Positions 57,651 to 64,000 of a stretch of 64,000 nucleotides of DNA are shown here, piece after piece. The notes beneath the pieces were generated by a model that saw only the letters and a program-made list of their open reading frames with translations, was not told where the DNA came from and made no database searches. The position numbers and the translations under genes are program-made. Numbering within the stretch: the stretch's first letter is position 1; each line of letters begins with the position of its first letter. The DNA is from Gemmatimonadota bacterium (GTDB lineage Bacteria; Gemmatimonadota; Gemmatimonadetes; Gemmatimonadales; GWC2-71-9). The stretch spans positions 75,124 through 139,123 of the forward strand of contig JBDHKN010000002.1 in the NCBI GenBank assembly GCA_039586365.1, in the 5' to 3' direction.

Positions 57651-59066
57651 CTAGTTCCGCACGGGAATCGAAATGCATATCTGTTGGGTGAACCCGTACG
57701 TGTCGAGAACGTCCACACGCCGCCCCGGCGCAGCGATTATGTCGTAGCTAGCACCAGTCACATTCACCGCTGGACCGGCAGCCTCCAACACGCCACTGCT
57801 AGACCCCGGGCCCTTGAAGCGGACGGTAAGGAGTCCGACGTAACGTATGTGAAGTCCTCCAACGCGACCACTCAATCCGAAACTCGGGGTCCACTCGAAC
57901 CAATGCTCTCCCTGTTTGCGGATCCCCCCTAGCACGTAGTCCCACTGCTTGAGTCTGTAGTATGTGCTACGGAGCTGCATACCTAGCTGATAGTCCATCC
58001 GCCGCTTCTGATTTGCGTAGCCAATACTCAGCGAAAAATTGGTGAACGAGAAATCATTGTCGACCGTTCTCCCACCACGCGGTATCCGCCAGCCCCAGGC
58101 GGTCGCGGTCGGACTGTCAGCCACGGCCCAGGTGTTGCTCCAAATCGGCTCGTAGATCAAGTCGACGCCGAACGTCGTCGAATCCCCGGATCTCGCAAGC
58201 CCGATGCCGATGTTGTACGCGGCAGAGTTTCCCGGGTCGCGGGGGATGCTCATGATCTCATAGTTGGGGATCTTGGGGTGCGACTTCCAGTTGGCCGTGA
58301 GGATCCCGCCGATCCGCCAGTCGGTTCCCGCCAGTGGTGCCACATACCCAAGGTGCACTCCCCAAGTGCGGGTGCGGTCGAGGTTCGTCTCCTGGCGGGT
58401 AGCATACGTCACTTCGTGAACCATGTTGTAGCGGTTGTGGAGCAGCACGGCCTCCAATGATCGCCCATGGCCCAGCTCGCCCAGCAGGCCTAGCCGGAAG
58501 TCGAGCATGTTGCCGTCCTGTGCGATATTCTGACTGCCGGCATACAGCATGTTCACGCCCTGGACGGCATCCAGTCCCGCCTCGAACACGCTTCCGGCCA
58601 GTGAGAAGCCGGTCTCGCCCAGACGCGATCCGAGCATTCCAAGTACGTACGTGTTGCGTGCTGCTGCCTGGTTCGGCTGATCCCAGTCCGCCGGCCGCGT
58701 CCCGGACCCAAGCGTCTGTACGGCCAGGGCTCCGCCACCAAACCACCTCCCGGATGTGTAGACGCTGCTGAGTGGAAAGGCGATGCCACTTCCGCTGTTC
58801 TCGGTCGCGTACAGTGCGGGAGATGCCGTCAAGCGGAATTCAGTTGCGCGGCCACCTTTTGCCGGGTTGACGAAGGGATCGAGCAATGGATCGTCCAAGG
58901 CTATGAACACGCCGGCCATGCCCAGGTTTGCAGAGGGGAACAAGCGGAACTGATCGCCTGTGGCCACGGGCACCGTCTTGACGGAGATGTACTGGGCGAG
59001 AACGCCCGTCGGTATCGTGACGGAGCAGAACGTGGCAACGAGCACATTTCGCACGAATTGTCTCAT
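57651..59066 (-). CDS. Hypothetical outer-membrane (porin-like) protein
   Basis: Signal peptide, GMAGV.IA.DD..DPF.NPA plug-like N-terminus, many beta strands. Confidence 0.7.
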   Translation of the reverse strand: MRQFVRNVLVATFCSVTIPTGVLAQYISVKTVPVATGDQFRLFPSANLGMAGVFIALDDPLLDPFVNPAKGGRATEFRLTASPALYATENSGSGIAFPLSSVYTSGRWFGGGALAVQTLGSGTRPADWDQPNQAAARNTYVLGMLGSRLGETGFSLAGSVFEAGLDAVQGVNMLYAGSQNIAQDGNMLDFRLGLLGELGHGRSLEAVLLHNRYNMVHEVTYATRQETNLDRTRTWGVHLGYVAPLAGTDWRIGGILTANWKSHPKIPNYEIMSIPRDPGNSAAYNIGIGLARSGDSTTFGVDLIYEPIWSNTWAVADSPTATAWGWRIPRGGRTVDNDFSFTNFSLSIGYANQKRRMDYQLGMQLRSTYYRLKQWDYVLGGIRKQGEHWFEWTPSFGLSGRVGGLHIRYVGLLTVRFKGPGSSSGVLEAAGPAVNVTGASYDIIAAPGRRVDVLDTYGFTQQICISIPVRN

Positions 59067-59213
59067 AGCCCACACTCCTATTTGCTCAGAGACAGGATCG
59101 TCGTCTTCCCCCTGGGAGGTAGGGGATCAGACTACTCTGAGGCAGAAACGTCACCTTCTTCTTCATAGCTATGCCGGGCCGCATTGACCTGTCCCTGTGG
59201 CTAGCCGGACACA

Positions 59214-59438
59214 TCAATCAGCCCCTGCGTTGAGTACAGCACCCCGCCGGGCAATGCCGGCCCACACCACATCAATCGTGCGGCGGCTCTGTGTCTGTGG
59301 AGAACGCAGTTGGGGGGCGCGTCGATCCTCTGCGAGATTCGGACCCACCGTGGGATCACACGTGTACGCGAACGGCGCCGTTGGGTCAGCGCACGCCCAG
59401 AAAACCGACACCGCAGCGGCTAGAGCCAATCGGACCAC
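59214..59438 (-). pseudogene. Probable truncated lipoprotein
   Basis: FWAC lipobox followed by only about 58 residues. Confidence 0.35.
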
Positions 59439-59827
59439 GGCTGCTCTCTGTGGAGGGACCTATATGAGATACCCCTCAATCCGATCGCGGGTCACGCCGC
59501 CTTCCCTCCCTTGCGTGTTCAGGCACGTCGGGTGGGCCTCTCGTGTCTCAGTCAAGCTCAAAACTGGGCGAATTGCGTCACGATCCGGACGATACTGTCC
59601 TCCGATGTCCCGCAGCCCGAGTTCGTGAGACAGGCCGCTCAAGCCGAACCGATTTGACCGATAGCAGCCTCCTGATCTGAGACCGAACCAGCTGCCGGCT
59701 CCCGTGTATAACGTGCAGTCGCCCTCAATCAGCAGCTAGTCAGATCCAGGACTCCGCCCGACCCGAGTGGCTGCCGGCAGGTTCTGCAAGATTGGGGGTC
59801 GCCAATGCCTCTGCTCCAGACTGGACC

Positions 59828-60229
59828 ATGTTGCGAGTCCTGATCTGCGCTGCCGTGCCGCTCGTTCTGCTTATCACCGCCTGTTCCTACTGGAGCACTC
59901 CTGTGATTCAGCCCCTTCAGCCGGACACGGTTACCGTAGCAAGGGCTTATCACAGTGTCACCGTTGCGAGAATTGAAGACAGCGTAACCGTCGTTGTCAT
60001 TGCCGAGAGAGGTCTGGGTGTTGACAACATGCACGCCACCTACGAGTCCGGCCCAATGTATCAGATATGGGTCACGAGGGGACAGACAACAGTGACCTCC
60101 ATCCCTTGGCATCCCGGTGGGTTGAGTTTCAATCGTTCCGAACAGGTTCAGGTCGAGCCTGGTGATGTTCTCGTGCTGCGCTACCCGGAAGATCTGACTG
60201 GCGCGGGGCTGTTGAGCAGACGGCGGTAG
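59828..60229 (+). CDS. Hypothetical lipoprotein
   Basis: ITAC lipobox. Confidence 0.65.
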   Translation: MLRVLICAAVPLVLLITACSYWSTPVIQPLQPDTVTVARAYHSVTVARIEDSVTVVVIAERGLGVDNMHATYESGPMYQIWVTRGQTTVTSIPWHPGGLSFNRSEQVQVEPGDVLVLRYPEDLTGAGLLSRRR

Positions 60230-60241
60230 CGGAACTGCTCC

Positions 60242-61417
60242 ATGTTCAGATTGACGTTCAGCCTCCTGCTCGGCGCGACGCTCATCGCGTGTAGCGGTGA
60301 GGAACCGCGATCTTCGGTATCTCAGCGCGACAGCGCTGAGGTTACGATTATCGAGTCTAGTTCACCAAGGTGGGGCCCCGCCGATGGCTGGACGGTTGAT
60401 CCGGAGCCTCTCTTGGATCTAGCCACGTCCGGGAACGGGACGCCTCACGAATTCTACCGCGTGCGGGATGCCATCCGTCTTCCCGATCGATCAATTGCGG
60501 TCGCTGACGGCGGCTCATGTGAGGTAAGGTTCTTCTCCAGCACCGGCAGGTTTCAGCAGGCAGTAGGCCGCCGCGGTGACGGGCCAGGTGAGTTCGAAAG
60601 GCTCACGAGTATCCACAGGATCCGGGACGATTCATTGATCGCACTGGACTACTGGTTGCGACGTCTCACGGTTCTGGCTCCTGAGCGGTCGGTGTCGAGG
60701 ACCATCTCACTGTTGAGTGATGGAATCCGCGTCTCGGAGTTGCGCACGCTCAACGAAGCGACTCTGGTGGCGACGGTCTACTCGCTACGTGAGTACGAAG
60801 GGATGAATGGTTTGTTCCGCGGACTTGACCCTGTGATCACCATGTCCTTGACGGGTGCGGTGCTCGATACTGTGACATCGATACCGGGACACGAGAGCTT
60901 CGAAGGGCCCACCTTCTCGGCACCCGCGCTCTTCGGCAAGGACTCCCATATCGCGGTGCATCAAGGACTCATCTATCTGGGGTCGGCCGATCAGATGCAG
61001 TTTGAGGTGTTCTCGCCTACTGGACGACTGGAGCGCATTGTCCGGATTCCCGAGGTCGATCTCAGTGTCTCGAAGCAAGAGATAGACGAGGAGCGTGCGG
61101 CCCTTGCCGGTCCAAACCCACCGCCGACCATAACAGACATCATCGCAGCTATTCCCGAACCGGAGACCAAACCGGCGTATTCCGATCTGCTAGTTGACAC
61201 TGAAGGGTTTGTGTGGGCAGCAGAATACCAAGGACATGCTGAACGAGAGAAACCCAAGGACTGGCGCGTGTTCAGCCCTGAGGGCGAGTGGCTCGGCTCT
61301 GTTCAGTCACCGGCCCGCTTCACAGTATACGAAATCGGCTTGGAATATGTGCTGGGCACGCTGCTAGATGACATGGATGCAGAGCACGTTCAGCTGCTGC
61401 GCCTGAGTAGGCGGTAA
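60242..61417 (+). CDS. 6-bladed beta-propeller lipoprotein
   Basis: LIAC lipobox, RDSAEVTIIES, GDGPGEF and EYVLG...DAEHVQL. Confidence 0.85.
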   Translation: MFRLTFSLLLGATLIACSGEEPRSSVSQRDSAEVTIIESSSPRWGPADGWTVDPEPLLDLATSGNGTPHEFYRVRDAIRLPDRSIAVADGGSCEVRFFSSTGRFQQAVGRRGDGPGEFERLTSIHRIRDDSLIALDYWLRRLTVLAPERSVSRTISLLSDGIRVSELRTLNEATLVATVYSLREYEGMNGLFRGLDPVITMSLTGAVLDTVTSIPGHESFEGPTFSAPALFGKDSHIAVHQGLIYLGSADQMQFEVFSPTGRLERIVRIPEVDLSVSKQEIDEERAALAGPNPPPTITDIIAAIPEPETKPAYSDLLVDTEGFVWAAEYQGHAEREKPKDWRVFSPEGEWLGSVQSPARFTVYEIGLEYVLGTLLDDMDAEHVQLLRLSRR

Positions 61418-61953
61418 TGCGAGGGACCTTGGAAGCCACCTCACTCGAGCGACTTGCCCAGCGGTACTCAGAGGGATTGCTACGATATATCCAGAGGTTC
61501 GTGGCGGATCCCGATGATGCCGCGGATGTGCTTCAGGATGTCTGGCTGACGGTCATGCTGAAGCGACGATCCTACTCTGGATCGGGTCCACTACTCGGCT
61601 GGACCGTAGCAATCACTCGTAATGCGTGCCTCATGTACCTGCGCAGCCCGTGGCAACAGAGACGCCAAGCGTGGGATGAGGGTGGTGCGTTCCCTGAAAG
61701 CTGGTCCGCCAATGGATCGACTGTGGGGTCACCTGAAGCCGATTTCTTTCGCAAAGCGTTCTGGGCCGACGTGACTCGCGCTCTGGCGCACCTGGCACCG
61801 CGTCAACAGCAGGTGGTGACGCTGCGTTGCATTGAAGGGCTCTCCACCAGGGCTACGGCATGCGCGCTCGGCTGCGGTGAAGGGACCGTCAAGCGAACAC
61901 TCAGCCGCGCCCTGTACCGGCTGAGAACACATCTCAGCCATTGGCGTTCGTGA
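61417..61953 (+). CDS. ECF-type RNA polymerase sigma factor
   Basis: Region 2 DAADVLQDVW; region 4 LAPRQQQVVTLR..EGLS...GTVKRTLSRA; TAATG overlap. Confidence 0.88.
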   Translation: MRGTLEATSLERLAQRYSEGLLRYIQRFVADPDDAADVLQDVWLTVMLKRRSYSGSGPLLGWTVAITRNACLMYLRSPWQQRRQAWDEGGAFPESWSANGSTVGSPEADFFRKAFWADVTRALAHLAPRQQQVVTLRCIEGLSTRATACALGCGEGTVKRTLSRALYRLRTHLSHWRS

Positions 61954-62129
61954 GTTGAAGAAACGAGCTTGACTTTGGGACTGTTTGATTAGACGAACTG
62001 ATGCAATTGTGAGTGGGAAGAGAGAGCGTGCGAGCCGGTCTGCTGGGTGTGAGCCGAGGTGAGGGAGCATGCTCCCCCCTGAGGGTGATGCGGTGAGGTG
62101 GTGATCTCTCCCTTCGCAGGAGGTAGTAC

Positions 62130-62689
62130 GTGCCCAGCACAGAACTGTCAGACCGGGTAGCGGAGCTTGAGAGACGCGTGCGGCATCTCACGCTCGGAGC
62201 CACAGTCGCCAGCCTTGTTGTGACTGCCATCAGCACCTCGGCCTGGGTCACTCAATCACAGACGGACGTTCTTCGAGCACGTGCGGTGATTATTGTCGAT
62301 GAAAGAGGCGCTGAGCGAATCGTTATGGGAGCACCTATTCCGGAGCCAGCAGGCCGCCGTATTGGCCAGGTCACCGGCATGGCTATCAATGACTTGGCTG
62401 GTGCCGAGAGATTCGGAGTGGGAGTGTTTGAGAATGGCAATTTGGCTATGGGATTCGATGCTCCACGACGTAGTGATTACTCAAGCACTCACGAGCGCAT
62501 CAACATGGAGTCAGTTCAGACGGTCGCGGCCAGATGAGATTCCTTGACACCCGAGGGATAGTGCGGGCACACATGAGGCTGTTCGACGACGACAACGTCC
62601 GTCTGTTCTTCACCGACTACCAACAGGACAGGACGCTCGTGCACCGAGTCGATGCGCGCGGTGACAGCGTGATCACACATGTCAATTAG
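62130..62689 (+). pseudogene. Hypothetical exported protein with apparent 1-nt deletion
   Basis: The ORF stops at 62537. Adding one G at 62507-62508 gives ERINMGVSSDGRGQMRFLD...* ending at 62689, overlapping the next ATG. Confidence 0.65.
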
Positions 62690-63763
62690 CTTGCCGTCGT
62701 ACCGCTCCCTGCGATCAACCAGGCGAAGTGCCACGCTGGGACGCTCCGTCCTTGCCGCTGGGATCCCGTTCCTTTGCGCCGCATGTGGATCGGATCAAGT
62801 CGGAAAAGAGGGCGTGAATGCGGGTGACTGGGCGGTGGATTCGATTCCGGCACTTGCCGTCGCTGGAACGGCCCCAGACGGTGAGATCGTGTTCGAGTCT
62901 GCGTCGGGCGCGACGCGCCTCTCGGATGGAACCATCGTCATAGGGGACGGCATGGCTTCAGCCGTACGGTTTGTGAGCAGGGAAGGCACACTACTGAACA
63001 CTGTGGGCCGAGAAGGAAGGGGACCGGCCGAGTTCTCTAGCATCCAGTGGCTGGGGCAGTGCGGAGAAGATTCTGTGTTCGTGTGGGGACCGATCCGTCA
63101 TCCGCTCCTGCAGGGTTCCTCAGTTGCTCACGAGACGGCCTCTTCGCGGTGATCGGGACACCACAGATGATGACACGCATTTCGGACCGCTACAGCGCGC
63201 CGTTGTTCCTGGCTGATGCCGGCGGCGCAGTGACCCGTGAGATCGGAGAGGTGCCAGCCTTCGAGCCTGCTCCTCTCGGTAGAGTGACAAGCTTGGCTAT
63301 AAGCCGGGACTTCGTGTATGTGGGCACCAAGGACTCAGCCTTCGTCGATGCGTATAACACCGTTGGAGAACACTTCGCGACGTTGCCTGTCGGCGTTGGG
63401 CGTCGTGCGTCGACAATGGACCACTTCGAGCGTGCAATCGATGAGATCGTGCTTGGGCTTGGTTCTGTCACTGACCGTGAGGCTCCCAAGGAACTCTTGC
63501 TGCAACGCCCTATGCCCGAGTATCTCCCTCCCTACGCAACGCTGTTGACCGACCAGTCTGGCCTGCTGTGGGTCCAGCTGTCGTTTCCCGGCGATCCAGC
63601 TACGCGGCTACGTGTTGTTCGCTCTGACGGCCGAGTTGCTGCAGACGTGCGCCTGCCGCGTTTCGTTAGTGTGTATGAAGTTGGTCGTGACTACATCCTC
63701 GGAGCCTACGAGGACGACAGAGGTGAGGCTTATGTGGCCATCTACCGGTTACACCGGGGTTGA
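62679..63763 (+). pseudogene. 6-bladed beta-propeller, split by frameshift/internal deletion
   Basis: The N-half (GRGPAEF...DSVFVW) and C-half (LPPY...LLWV...GRDYILG) are in different frames; the junction is near 63085. Confidence 0.75.
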
Positions 63764-63801
63764 TGGCGGTCAACCATGATACAGCTCACGATTGCGAGCC
63801 A

Positions 63802-64000
63802 ATGAAAGGCCTCTCGCTCAACCTGCTGGCTGTTCTCGTCGTCTGTGGCTGCGGCGGTGACCAGACGGAACGAGCTGCCGGCTATGTCGTCAAGGACAGT
63901 GCAGGTGTGCGTATTGTCGAGAACACCTCGCCGTCATGGCCGGACGGAGACGAGTGGATCCTGAGCGAGCAGCCAGTGGTTGACATTGGCGGAGACAACA
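63802..64000 (+). CDS. 6-bladed beta-propeller lipoprotein (N-terminal part, runs off window)
   Basis: MKGLSLNLLAVLVVCGC...KDSAGVRIVEN...W.LSEQPVVDIGG, the same N-terminal motif as 54861. Confidence 0.8.
   Translation, partial: MKGLSLNLLAVLVVCGCGGDQTERAAGYVVKDSAGVRIVENTSPSWPDGDEWILSEQPVVDIGGDN

Noticed and set aside
1..64000. CRISPR array, tRNA/rRNA, prophage or integron integrase
   Set aside because: I recognised no regularly spaced repeats, structural RNA signatures, phage genes or tyrosine-recombinase motifs.

Overview
A 64 kb, roughly 60% GC bacterial accessory region. It most resembles Gemmatimonadota (inference from a PadR + duplicated orphan ABC permease pair, a Ser/Thr kinase-TPR protein, several 6-bladed beta-propeller lipoproteins and SIMPL proteins). 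I recognised no rRNA, tRNA, CRISPR array, prophage or intact integrase/transposase. From 1 to ~41.4 kb there is an almost uninterrupted minus-strand run of about 45 short, functionally unrelated genes (methyltransferases, GNATs, VOC, cupin, DinB, SRPBCC, FRG, TfoX, DHFR-like, nitroreductase and others). It is broken only by a DUF481 gene, a leaderless TetR, amrA and a TetR-TolC-MFP-RND efflux operon. Many spacers carry degenerate attC-like half-sites, and decayed gene fragments lie between intact genes, which suggests a fossilised integron-cassette array. From 41.7 to 64 kb there is a cassette-like DUF1080 gene, an epimerase/TetR operon, an IS6 remnant, the kinase, the PadR-permease pair, a lipoprotein serpin with an elastase-type bait, and a decaying cluster of lipoproteins and beta-propellers with an ECF sigma factor. 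All family calls come from recognising motifs by eye; no database searches were run.
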